DNA of 64,000 nt from Macrostomum lignano (Eukaryota), in contig NIVC01003318.1 of assembly GCA_002269645.1 (NCBI GenBank), positions 1 to 64,000 on the forward strand, given 5' to 3'. Shown piece after piece: positions 37,370 to 48,847 of this stretch. Below the pieces are notes generated by a model that had not been told where the DNA came from, made no database searches, and was given only the letters and a program-made list of their open reading frames with translations. Numbering within the stretch: the stretch's first letter is position 1; every line of letters starts with the position of its first letter. A program made the position numbers and the translations under genes.

Positions 37370-38730
37370 TTGTTTTCTCATCTCTACTTTTTTCTTATCT
37401 CATATATAATCTCGTCTTTTCTCTTCTCCTCTCTCCTCCTTGCTCTCTTATCTCATATATCATCTCGTCTTTTCTCTTCTCCTCTCTCCTCCTTGCTCTC
37501 TTATCCCATATATCATCTCGTCTTTTCTCTTCTCCTCTCTCCTCCTTGCTCTCTTATTTCATCTCTCCTCTCCACTCTTCTCTCTCATCTTTCCTCTATC
37601 TTCTCCTCGCTCTATTATCTCCTCTCTATTCTCTCTCCCCTCCTTTCACTCCCATCTCTCCTCACTTCACTATTCTCTCCTCTTTTCTCTCTACTCTCTT
37701 CTCTCTCTACTCTCTTCTCTCTCTTCCCTTTCCTCTCTTCTCTTTCCTCCCTTTTCTCTCTCCCCTCTCTCCCTCTGCTCCCGCTTCTCTCTCCCTATTC
37801 TCTGGCCTATCTCTCCTCTCCTCTATACTCATCTCTAGGTTGGTCTCTCCTTCCTCTTCTCCTCTTCTTTTTCCTATCTTTTCTCTTCGCTCTCCTATCT
37901 TCTCTCTTCTCTACTCTCTTATCTATCCTCTCTCCTTTCTACTCTCTTATCTATCGTCTCACCTCTCTCCCCCTCTCCCCTCTTCTCCTCTCTTATCTCT
38001 TCTTTCTCATTTCTCCTCTCCTCTCACCTCTCTCTCCTCTTCTCTCCTTTCTTCTCTCCTCTGTTTTCTCTCCCTTTTCTCTTATATCTTCCATTTTCTC
38101 TCTTCTCTCCTTCTCCCTCCCCTCTTTCGCCCTTCTCCCCTCTCCTCTCATTTCTCTCGCCCATCTTCTCTCTTTCTATCATCTCTCCCCTCTTCTTTCC
38201 CGTCTCTCACCTCGCTCAACTCTGCTCTCTTCTCTCTACTCTTTTCTTTTCTCTCCTCTCTCCTTCCTCCTCCTCTCCTCTTCTTTTTCCCATCTTTTCT
38301 CTTCGCTCTCCTATCTTCTCTCTTACTCATTTCTCATCTCTCTCCTCTTATCTCTTATCTCTCCTCACTTCTATCTTCTCTCCCCTTCTATCTTTTCTCG
38401 CTTCGCATTTCTTGCCTCTCCTCTGTTTGCTTATCTCTAATCTTTTGTTCCATCTTCTTTGAGGTAAGACATTCGCCAAAATTTTTGGCTGAAGATTAAA
38501 AGGAGAGAAGAGGGGAAAGAAGAGCTAGGGGAGATAGTTGAGAGAGGAGGGAAGAGTGGAGAGAGGAGGCGAAGAAGTGGGGAGAGAAGAGAGATGGGAA
38601 GGAGTGTGAAGAGGAAAGAGGAGGGGGAAGGAGAGGAGAGAGAGGAAACTGGGATAGAGGAGTGGGGACAGAAAGAGAAAAGAGTTGAGAGAAGAAGGGA
38701 GGGAGGAAGGTAGAGGAGGGGATGGAGAAT
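37370..38730. repeat. CT-rich low-complexity tract (37370-38450) followed by a GA-rich tract (38500-38730)
   Basis: Almost pure pyrimidine then purine strand, with degenerate internal repeats. Confidence 0.9.
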
Positions 38731-39914
38731 TGCGTTGAAGAGGTACTACTAACTTTGCTAAAAGTTTCAAAGGACCCGCGGGGCGAGGCGAGGGCCGGGC
38801 CGGATAGAGGGGCTTAGCGGTATTTTGCCGACTCCTGCTCCAGAGTTTAAGAAATCAATGGGAAACTGTTGGCGCCTATTGAAATCTGTTTGACTGATGT
38901 CAATGATCTTGTCTGTGGTTGAAGGATTCTATTCTGGGTTTGCTGCACTGTAATTATACTTTTACCCAGACGCAATGAAAAAATATTTTGGCCATTATTC
39001 CACAGTTTTGATGTGTACCATAGACATTTGGATTGAAAAAATCCATCGCTCAGTATTTTTGTTAATAAATGCTCTCTTTATTGAATGAATGAACAAAAAG
39101 GAAAAAATCATTGAAACTAAAGTACCAGCTACACGAAAAGAGTTAATAATAAATGTCACAGCTAGTGCAGTTTATCAGTTTGTAGTCGAAATTTGACAAT
39201 GTAAAAATCAATTTGTCACCCAAAGTGAAACATGCACAGTTCTCAAAGCCGCAGTTTCCAAAGATGCTCGACACTTTAGCCTGATGATTTGGCACTGCAA
39301 AAGGAGTTGGTCTATGTTGAATGTTTTCTATGAAAGAGAAATACAGGTGCTCAAGTATAGTTGCCGAACTTACCATTTGAAAGATGCACGTCTTGGTTAA
39401 GTTGGCATGCGACTGATGAGCTTCGCCTGATGAGCTTCTTTGGTACCGCAGTATCCAAGCTGGGATTCTTTGGGACTGTCGGCTGCTCGACTGAATCGAT
39501 TCACCGCTTTCAGGCATCGTTTATAGCCGTCGAGGCGTTGAAGACTGCATGGTCGCGTTTTCTTCCTAGGTAGCGCCGCACGGTTCGTTCAGTCGTCGAC
39601 AGGAAGATTTTTTCAATTAATAAGCGCGGCTGTTTGACGAGATGCACCAGCCATGGTCGTTTGACAAGACAAATAGCTTTTTCTCCCACTACTCGCTTTC
39701 CTGATTTCTTGCAAGACGCAAGCAAAATCAGAACTCATCACAGTGTTGTCTATGGACAATCTAAGCCACACAACTCAGTCGTCTATGGGTAAAACAACTC
39801 TTAAAACAGCCAATTGAAGCATGATAAAAAGTGTGGAATAATGACAGCGACAAAAGTGTGGAATAATGGCCGCAAAAGTGTGGAATAATGACTGAGCGCT
39901 GAGTGAAAGTATAA

Positions 39915-40036
39915 ATACAATGCACTTGTGTAGTATGCAACTTCGTCGAATAATGGCCATAGACACTCGTGCGCTACGCGCACTCGAGTTTTGGCCATTA
40001 TTCAACTCAGTTGCATACTATACAATCTACCATTGC
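39915..40036. repeat. Imperfect long palindrome centred on GTGCGC-TAC-GCGCAC (possible hairpin MITE remnant)
   Basis: Nested pairs TAGTATGCAACT/AGTTGCATACTA and GAATAATGGCCA/TGGCCATTATTC. Confidence 0.8.
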
Positions 40037-41877
40037 ACTTGCACTCGATCTGCAGATCTATGCAAAGCTAGGATTTTTCTCTTTTTCAAACCATGGCAGT
40101 CTTATTGAATGCTGTCTTGCTCATCGTACACTATTAAACTGTTTAACTGTTAGGCCTATAGGATAGGACAGTCAGGCAGCTTAAGAACAGTTTGGTTGAG
40201 AAATTATACTGGGGCGCAAATAAAGTTGAACTTGAACTTATTCCAAAGTAATGTACATTTGCTATGTACATTGAGCCCTATCGCCTGACCCTTAGTCTGG
40301 GGGGAATGAGTTTGGTGAGCCGCACGAACAACAGAAAAAGCAAACTTCACATGCTTACAGTTTCTGTTCTGATTGAGTTACAGAGTTGACACTTTTAACA
40401 GACAGTATTTAGACAGAGATCGAGTAAGTCAATGAAATATTGTCAAGTTTGAAGTCAACCGCATCAAAGTTAGTCATTTTTTAAACTCATTTAAACTCAT
40501 TTTTTCTTACTTTAAACTCATTTTAAACTCATACCCCCTCTGGGCCAGATCAGGAGAGGCAGGCGGAGGCTGGGTGGCTGTTTCGCTGACAAAAACAGCC
40601 TTAATTTAAAAGTGCACAGCGCATGTTGAAACTCGAAATCTTACACGATCACGATTGTGTCAAAATAGTTGAAGATTGTATGTGTTGAATTTGAAGAGGA
40701 TTGGTGAAACTAGAGCGGCGGGCGCTATCGTCGTGTATCATTAGTGAAAAAATCGCGCGTTTTGAGCAGTTTTTTGCACTTTTAGGTAGGAGGAAGACTT
40801 GGATTTAGAAAATTTTAAGGGAGCCTGATGACACTTTCCGTAGTAAGTCTAGGGCGGATGCAAAATTTGGTGTACATGTAGTTTGGTTGAGCGGTTTGGG
40901 AATCCATAGCGAAGTAATTTGTACAGACACACAGATACACAGTTTTGATTTTTATCGTTTAAGATCGAGTTTTTGATTTACAGTATAGTAGAAAGCATTA
41001 TGAACAAAAACTTGAGCAACTTGACCTGAAAATTTTGTTCGTTCGGTTATAAAGAATTCAGACTATATAGCAGCTGACAGTGAATGGAGAGCTAAAAAAC
41101 TGACAATTACTGACTTGTCCAACCGGAATCCATTAATGAACCGAAAAATCACTGATTGTTGCTGCAAGCTACATTATAAATTGCTGCATCTCTATCGATT
41201 ACCGTTGGGATTATAGCTCGGGAAACCATTCCGCTCCCATTTTTACAAAGACTAGCCAAGAGCTAGAATCGGTCCTGTGGACAAAAAATCGTTTCTATTT
41301 CTACATCTAAAACGATGTAGTAAAATGGGATAGGTAAAATTCAATGCAAGTTCTAGTTAATTGTAAGACTTTTGACGCTTTGTGAATCAGATTTGAGCAA
41401 CAAATCGTTTACCCAGTGTTCCCCACAGATACTAAATACCCTAAATAGTATTTAGTATCTGTGGTGTTCCCGTAAAATAATTCTGAGAACGTCGCTGCAG
41501 AAAAACGAATGAATATCCGCTACTACAAACTGCAGTCAATAAAATAGTTCGTATGTGGAGAGTGCATTTCCATTTAGCATTTGGCTGTCTAGTCTATAAA
41601 AGCCTCATCTGCTTAATTGACTGAAGGCCTACGCATCAATAAAGTACTTTCTGTAGACTGCGAGCAAAGCAAATAGATAAGCTCGTATTTTAGTTCTTTT
41701 TATTTTCTACTATGGCTTTATTGGTGACAAAAGACTTTAATAGAATTTCTTGAAGTAGACAGAACCCTGCAACTAAACTAATAAATTAGTTACAATTATA
41801 ATTACTAGTAGAAAGTTCCCATGCAAACATATGATAAGTTTTATAGTAGGAGAATAATCTAACTTAGCATAGCAGTC

Positions 41878-42327
41878 TCAATCGCAGGTGACATTGGCGT
41901 TACGCGCCTGAGGCTGTGACTGCGGACGCTGAGCCATCGCCTCATGCAGCGCTGGCAGCGTCTGCCAGTCAATGAGCAGAGACAGATTGGCACCACCTGG
42001 CCACAGAGCGTCGAGCTGCAGCACCAACCTATTGTACAGCTCGGCCGCGAGCAGCTGGTCAGGCTCGGGATGCAATTCAAACAGCCATTCGTCTGCTGTG
42101 CTTAGCAAAAGCATTGCGGCAGTAGCGCAGTCCAGGCACCCTGAACTAGCATTGTCACAATTCTCGTCAGATGGAAATCCGTCCAGCGATCGGTGAAGAA
42201 GGCAGCGAAATTCTGCGAGTACATCGTCGCACGGACGACTGACGCAGCGCCAACAACGTCTGGACCTGTCGTGACGAGTTGGTAGTACAATCGATAAACT
42301 ATTTATAAGCCAGGGACCACTCAACAC
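41878..42327 (-). pseudogene. Partial paralog of the GIY-YIG-like domain of 42572-43870
   Basis: LAEFRCLLHRSLDG...LYNRLVLQLDALWPGGANLSL aligns with LIEALRRLLWLAFDG...LQNELTLRLGCLWPRGLNSSL. Confidence 0.6.
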
Positions 42328-42638
42328 TCGGGACGGGAAACGACAATATTTGGAGGCCGATCTATCAATAACTTAGTCCTCGAAAAGCATCGCTTGGATT
42401 AGGTTTTTACCACAGCCACTAACCCGCTGACTACAAGGTAGAACATATCGAAGTAATGCTTTTCGAGGACTAAGTTATTAATAGATCGGCCTCCAAATAC
42501 TGTCGCTTCCCGTCCCGAGCATTGAGTAGTCCCTGGCTTATAAATAGTTTATCGATTGTACTACCAACTCGTCACGACAGGTCCAGACGCTGCCGGCGCC
42601 ACGCCAGTCGTCCGTGCGACGATGTACTCGCAGAATTT
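42208..42638. repeat. 183-bp diverged inverted repeat (42208-42390 / 42456-42638) with 65-bp spacer
   Basis: Arms are colinear reverse complements with scattered substitutions and overlap coding sequence of both flanking ORFs. Confidence 0.95.
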
Positions 42639-43870
42639 GTACTCGCGGCAGTCTGCAGCTGGGAATAGTTGCTCATGTCATTACAACCGCTTTCCGGCTT
42701 GCTCATTTCCGACTGTAGAATTCTCGCCAGGGTATTGGCCAGGCAATCCAAGTTTGCTACAGAGTCGTCAAAAAATTCCAGCCCACCGGTCTCCGAGCGC
42801 CACCAGCCACTATGTTGTCGCACGTCTCGTCGGTACTTCAGTCTTTCTTTGGTTTGCGGCTTTGCGGCCAACTCAGCGGCCATGGCATGGAGGCGATGGC
42901 AAGCGTCGTAGTCAGCCTGATGTAACTCGCTGCTACGCTGTCGCAGCTGCTGGCAAAGCCGGCTAAACTCGCGAACAGCCTCATCGCACCGGTACAGGCC
43001 TGACTCGTCCGCCTCAAAGGCAATCCGACGCACGTCGTCAAACTGCAGATCGGCAAGACCCAATCGTCTAGCTTCCATCGCCGTTGCAGCCTCCTCGACA
43101 ACAGCTAAGTGACTTCGACTCGCGCCGTTCTCTGTGGATCGGCACCAGTCAAGCTCCCGTAGCTCCTTCAAACAGACAAGGCTCTGATTCAGACTCGAGT
43201 TCAGACCACGAGGCCATAGGCAACCTAGACGAAGCGTCAGTTCATTCTGCAAAGTCTGTCGCTCCGCCTCAGAGTCGTCAGCTGCCACGAGAGTCAGCTG
43301 CCAGTCGGTCTGACGAGTCAACAGAATCGCTGCACTGACCACTGCATCAGATTCGTCAAGTCGTCTTTGATCGCTACTCGGGCTCTCAAGTCCGTCGAAA
43401 GCCAGCCAGAGGAGACGCCGCAGCGCCTCAATAAGTTGGTTCGCGTCGCGACCGACGTAGGCAAATGCCGGCAGCCGAGCATGACGCAAAGCGAAAACAC
43501 CCGGTCCGTGAAGGCGTCGCTTTGCCTCCGTAGCCGCTTCCGATAGTCCGGCCGAATCAAGAGCCGATCGAATCAACGTGCGCTCCAGATTGGCATCGGC
43601 TATCTTGGCCTCGGACGGACGGCCCCACCAGCCCGAGCGCTGGCGAATCGCCTTGGCGAACGCACGCCTTTCGTCAGTCGGCGTCTGATTTAGCGCTGAC
43701 GTATGTAGCTGCGCCACCCGGACGAGATTGCGCCAATCGTCCTGCTGGAATTGCTGCAAAGGTTTGCCACTTTGGATTCGCTTCTCCAGCTGGTTGTAGA
43801 CCTCCTGAATGCCCGGTTCCAGGGCTGCCGTGCCTGGAACCAATAGGGCCTTGTTCGTTGATTCGTTCAT
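42572..43870 (-). CDS. Intronless 432-aa protein with a central degenerate GIY-YIG-like domain between two helical repeats (RQ-x-SGWW)
   Basis: Intact ORF with host-like codon use. GPGVFAL...AYVGR...LWPRGLN follows GIY-YIG motif order; RQRSGWW and RQHSGWW repeats flank it. Confidence 0.7.
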   Translation of the reverse strand: MNESTNKALLVPGTAALEPGIQEVYNQLEKRIQSGKPLQQFQQDDWRNLVRVAQLHTSALNQTPTDERRAFAKAIRQRSGWWGRPSEAKIADANLERTLIRSALDSAGLSEAATEAKRRLHGPGVFALRHARLPAFAYVGRDANQLIEALRRLLWLAFDGLESPSSDQRRLDESDAVVSAAILLTRQTDWQLTLVAADDSEAERQTLQNELTLRLGCLWPRGLNSSLNQSLVCLKELRELDWCRSTENGASRSHLAVVEEAATAMEARRLGLADLQFDDVRRIAFEADESGLYRCDEAVREFSRLCQQLRQRSSELHQADYDACHRLHAMAAELAAKPQTKERLKYRRDVRQHSGWWRSETGGLEFFDDSVANLDCLANTLARILQSEMSKPESGCNDMSNYSQLQTAASTNSASTSSHGRLAWRRQRLDLS

Positions 43871-45660
43871 AGTCTCCGTAGCTATAAGTAAGTAACGAGT
43901 AAAATTGAAGCTCTAGAGCAAGGCTAAGTGAAATGGAACAGGTCTGAGAAATCTTAATTAATAAACTCTGTGAGTTTGGGCTTTAAAGCCAATTCTCTCT
44001 TTTCATTTAGCGAACCTAATGCTCCTCTTATGCTGGTCTATTGTGCCTTGCTTACTAAAGACTTTTCTCTCCTTCCTTTGCCTCCACTCCTCATCTCTCT
44101 CTCCGACAGCTTTCTCTCCATTATAGTGTCTGCTTTCATCGATTTGCTCTGACGCACAGACGGTTTCTGTCAGCAGCAAGATGTGCGGAATAATATAGTA
44201 CCTGTCTTTCCTATACCAGTCTCCGGCCCAGGTTCTTATAATAGCCGACTGGAAAAACAAGTTAAAGTTAGCATAGAGTATAACAGACTAGTTGGAACAC
44301 TATTATGCACTGGCATGAAAACATTCTTTACTCGGAAGCGCAACGTCGCCCAGTCGCCGTTACTTTAAATATAGCAGAACGAAAACAAAAACTCCAAATA
44401 AAAGTACTCTAAAGACTCAATTTCAACTGTAATGCAAAGTTTTTCCTAAAACTATAATTTATAAATATGCGAATAGATGTATACATAACTGACGGGTCGG
44501 CTCACAAATACGGTTTCATCATTTCATTATGAAGGGTCAACATTTTTATTGCATCAGAGATGCATCGGAGTCAGTTGTTTGTCGATTAGTTGTCAGTAAA
44601 TTTTGTGGTCGATTTGCAGTTTGAGCTAATCTGATTGTGCTTGTCGAGCGCCGTTCGTCACCATTGCCTTTTATTTGTGGAATTATTAGTTATAGTTTAG
44701 TAATTATTATTACTGTGCCTCTGCCAAATTATTGTTTGGCTTTTATTGTAACTAGTGGTAGTCGTTGTTAGTTGTGGTTAGTCGGTCTCGAAAGAGGCCG
44801 TTCGGGTTACAAATTATACTTACCATTGCAACCTAATTTAACCGAATTTAATTTAACCTAATTTAACCTAATATGCTGCTAGATACTGACAAGCAAGTAT
44901 ATTCAAAGCAAAATTTAAACAGCGCTTTCTATTTGAACTTCAGCGTATTTTGGAAGCGACAAGTCAAAGAACAGAACCATCGCAAAAAGATGCTGTGAAA
45001 ATTTAAAAAGGAAAAGAAAAGACTTTATTTGAGGGAATAACCTGGGAAATGACGATTTCATAACTCGTACAAACTTAATGCTCTCATATGGAAGCGCGGT
45101 AGCCGATTAAACGATTTGAAGACACGTTATTGAAAACATACAGTCAAGTTATTATGCCCTGTTGCTGGTCTTTCAATGTTCAAGCGATTAGCACGTAGTG
45201 GCTCTTTTTAGTACTAATAGTAATCTTTCAAGAGTAATCGCTTGGCCACTGTTGGGTCAGGCAATCATGGAATTTTTTTTTAGTTCGGCAGCTCTTTTTG
45301 CTTCAAAGTCGGCGCCCTCTGCTGCAGAAACTGCTTCTGTCAATATTGGCAATTGCCTATCAGCTGTTGAATCATTAATGCACAGATTTCTTTATAAGCT
45401 GTTGGCTGCCTACTGAAAGCTGCAATCTTGAGGCTGCATGCAGAATACCGGAGCAAACTGTTGTTGCGTTTCTCTATTAATAGGAGTTATAAGTAGATGC
45501 ACTTTGATCCAACGCGGCGCAGGGAGGTGCGATAAAAGTCAGCCCTGATAGTCGATATGGTTAGTCGAACGGCCCAGTATTTGAGTTGGGGTTTTACTGT
45601 TTCCTAATGCTCAAAACTTTTTGGTCTATTCAGTAGGTTTAATCAATCAATTTTCGCAGG

Positions 45661-45824
45661 AGGGCTGTTCAGTCCAAGGACTGGGGGGAGGGGGAGTCGC
45701 CACACGCACCCTCAATTACACCAGCTAATGCTGGCACCCATTTTACAATGCTGACACCAGTGGAATCAGGAATCGAACCCTCAACCTTCAAGTCATGAAT
45801 CCGATGCTCTAACCACTAGGTTAC
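45661..45824 (-). mobile_element. tRNA-derived SINE
   Basis: Minus strand has A box TAGTGGTTAGAGC and B box GGTTCGATTCC, followed by a non-tRNA body also seen at 10911. Confidence 0.75.
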
Positions 45825-46707
45825 AACACTAGGAAAAATGCGAAAAGGTGTTAAAAAGCTTTCCAGAGCATTTACCCTGCCCACTGTAAATCATCTTGAT
45901 AGCACTTTCTACGCTGATACCGGGGTAAATGTCATTAATGAAAATAATTAAGTCACCTACGCTTTGGAGCTCTTAGAGCGTTTTTACACGTTCAGGCAGA
46001 AAATACGGCTCGTAGTATTGCGCAGATTGAGCAACCGTTTATCGGAGCTTTCTGCATTCACTGTAGGTTAATACGCAAAGCTCATAAATTCACCTGATTA
46101 TTTGAGGCATAGAAAAGTGTAGTAACTTATATTAAGAAATGACAGAATTTGGTTAAAATTGTCAATAGTTATTATCGAAACATGCGCCGCTCCGATCAAC
46201 ATTTTAAGAACAAATTTAGCTATGGAAAATCAGTATACAGGCATCCGTGCAGCATGGTACACAGAGTCTCCATTGGTTTGTGCTGACTAACGCAGCTCCT
46301 GTCGTCCCATTTAACGGACAGATGCTTCAATTTACGGGGCGAATGGTTGGGATTGCAGGGCTTTCCGAGAAGCTCGATAGCCCAAATAAGTTTGGCCGTC
46401 TCCGCTGAAATTTGATCCTGACAGAAAGAAAATTTATGGCGAAACCAACACGGCGCACTGGAGAAGCTCAGAAGCAGCCATTTGCACTAAAAATACTGAA
46501 ACCTTTGAGTAGAAATCGAGCAGGCTGGAATCAGCACCAACTTGGTAAATTATTTATTTGAATTTCGGCTACTGGCTGCAAGACTTTCAGAAAATTCCGC
46601 GACCATAAATTCATAGTTTAAAAAGCACTCACTTCTATTTCAAGCTTTTTTTGTCAAAAATTTATTGCACTTTGATAATTCTATTCTGACTTAAGACAGG
46701 GTCCTTT

Positions 46708-46927
<220 letters not shown>

Positions 46928-47635
46928 AACTTTAAAGTTCAGTATGTGACACTGTTTATTTATCTTTAAGTACAGAAAAATCGAGCAACGTTGTTCTTCT
47001 AGTAGAGCCATTGGTCACTGAACAAGAACTAACCATTAGCAAGCAGCTCAATGCCTATTTGACTGCTTACTGTCCTTAATCCCTTTGCTGAAGCAGTATT
47101 TTAAATTGTACTTTTTTATATTGGTTTAATAAATTCTGTTAGAATAAAAAATTAGGCAATTCTTCCCTCACATTTTGTTCTAAAAGTATAAATTTGCTTC
47201 CATATTTTACAGATAACTTACGGGCACTTTCCAAAAACTAAAAAATGACATTACCTTCTTTAAAAAAATCGTAACCTATTTTTTAACCCGTAAAAATCGT
47301 TGTGCCTATCCATGAAATAGTTGATTTTGCATCGATTTAAAACCTACATCTATTATCGATTTTATTCAACCTACGACGCAATTTCCTATTCAGTTTAATG
47401 CCATTCCTTTAAATAAAACAATTCGAGGGTCGAATATTTTGGCAAAAATAGTTTTACAGTGAGTTCAAACGCTTTAATTTCCAACGTCCAATCAAAAGCG
47501 ACGAGACAGACATGGCGCAATAGGCTTCGTACCGAGGCTATTATGTGGGTATCTGTATTTATAAGAGTTGCCAGCAGCATCTCAAGAGCGCACTCCAAGT
47601 TAGGCGGAAAATTGAAGGAAAGGAATTTCTTAGAA

Positions 47636-48847
47636 ATGTCACTGAAAGTCGCGAACGACTCTGAGTCGGAATCGTCCGTTTGCGAGGCCTATTGTCAGGC
47701 GAATACAATTTTGTGGAGCGTTCTGCTTCCGCCACTCTTAGCCGTTGGCCTGATAGGCAACTTGCTCATTGTGCTTGTGTTCAGTACTAGTACCAAACGA
47801 CGGCGAAGGAAGCCGGTCCTCTGCATCACCATGGTGACGCTGGCCTGCGCCGATCTGCTCGTGTTCCTGTTCCCCATCACGCGGCACTGGCTGAGACACG
47901 CCAAGCTCTACATCAGCTTTGACGTGCAAACTTTGGGCACAGGTGTCTGCAAGACGCACGAGTTTCTCGTCTACTTCTCGTTGATGTTCAGCATCTGGAT
48001 GGTGGTGCTGGTGTCCGGAGAGAGATTCACCATCATCTGTTTCCCCTTGCGTCGATCGCGACTCCTGACGCCGCGTCGAATCGTCGCTGTGATTGTTGCT
48101 ATCATAACTGTCTCTGCACTGCTCAATGTGCATTTCTTTTGGACTCGCGAATTCGTCTGGAACCACCAACTGAACCGAATGAGCTGTCAGAATGCGCGTT
48201 CGGGTCTGGACGCGTTCATTTCTAAATCGGTTCACCCCTTCGTAGACATGACCTTCACCGCTGGGCTGCCCCTCCTGCTATTGGTCATCTTCACTGGGGC
48301 GATCGCGCACAGACTTTACCAAAGAAGTCGCCAGCTTAAAACTCTGACAGCCGGGCTCAGCAACTGCTCGCCAGCTGGACGGCAGCATCGCCTGCTCACG
48401 CCAACCACGCGAATGGTGCTGCCTGTGCCGCTGTTGTTCATCCCGCTGGCGATGCCCGTGAAGTTCTGGCTAGTTGTGCACCACGGCAAGGGCATTCCGG
48501 GCTCCGTCCAGCCGGGCACGCCCGAGTACCACAGTGTCCGGCTGGGCTGGTCCGGCCTTCTGTTCCTGCAGTTCTGCAACTTCGCCTGCAACTTCTTTAT
48601 TTACAGTCTGATGTCCGCCGACTTTCGCGCCGACTTGGCCAGACTTTTGTGCGGCCGGTGCCGTCGCCGGGTCTGGTGTCGCCGGGGTGAGCAGTCGGCC
48701 TCGACCAGATCGGCGCCGCCAACCGCAGCCGCAGCAGTAGACGCCGCCGATGTCGTTGTGAACGACAGGAAGATGGTGCTAGCAAGCAACTTTGATGACG
48801 CGAGCTCGGTCTACCAGATGCAGCTCCGGTCTTGCAGACGATGTTAA
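47636..48847 (+). CDS. Intronless class A peptide-receptor-like GPCR (FMRFamide-receptor-like)
   Basis: GLIGNLL, LACADLL, SGERFTIICFP, NFACNFFIYSLMSADFR; seven hydrophobic segments. ORF track start is 47459; ATG 47636 is the likelier start. Confidence 0.9.
   Translation: MSLKVANDSESESSVCEAYCQANTILWSVLLPPLLAVGLIGNLLIVLVFSTSTKRRRRKPVLCITMVTLACADLLVFLFPITRHWLRHAKLYISFDVQTLGTGVCKTHEFLVYFSLMFSIWMVVLVSGERFTIICFPLRRSRLLTPRRIVAVIVAIITVSALLNVHFFWTREFVWNHQLNRMSCQNARSGLDAFISKSVHPFVDMTFTAGLPLLLLVIFTGAIAHRLYQRSRQLKTLTAGLSNCSPAGRQHRLLTPTTRMVLPVPLLFIPLAMPVKFWLVVHHGKGIPGSVQPGTPEYHSVRLGWSGLLFLQFCNFACNFFIYSLMSADFRADLARLLCGRCRRRVWCRRGEQSASTRSAPPTAAAAVDAADVVVNDRKMVLASNFDDASSVYQMQLRSCRRC

Noticed and set aside
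37295-38499. Long Leu/Ser-rich ORFs resembling membrane proteins
   Set aside because: Pyrimidine-only sequence lacks stop codons; there is no real domain.
39143-39725. Coding-like GC-richer patch on the minus strand
   Set aside because: Short discontinuous ORFs with no recognisable motif or resolvable splice pattern.
40330-40945. Possible Helentron/HINE-like element
   Set aside because: Some typical words (AAATTTGG, CAGACACACAG) but I could not define termini or a second copy.
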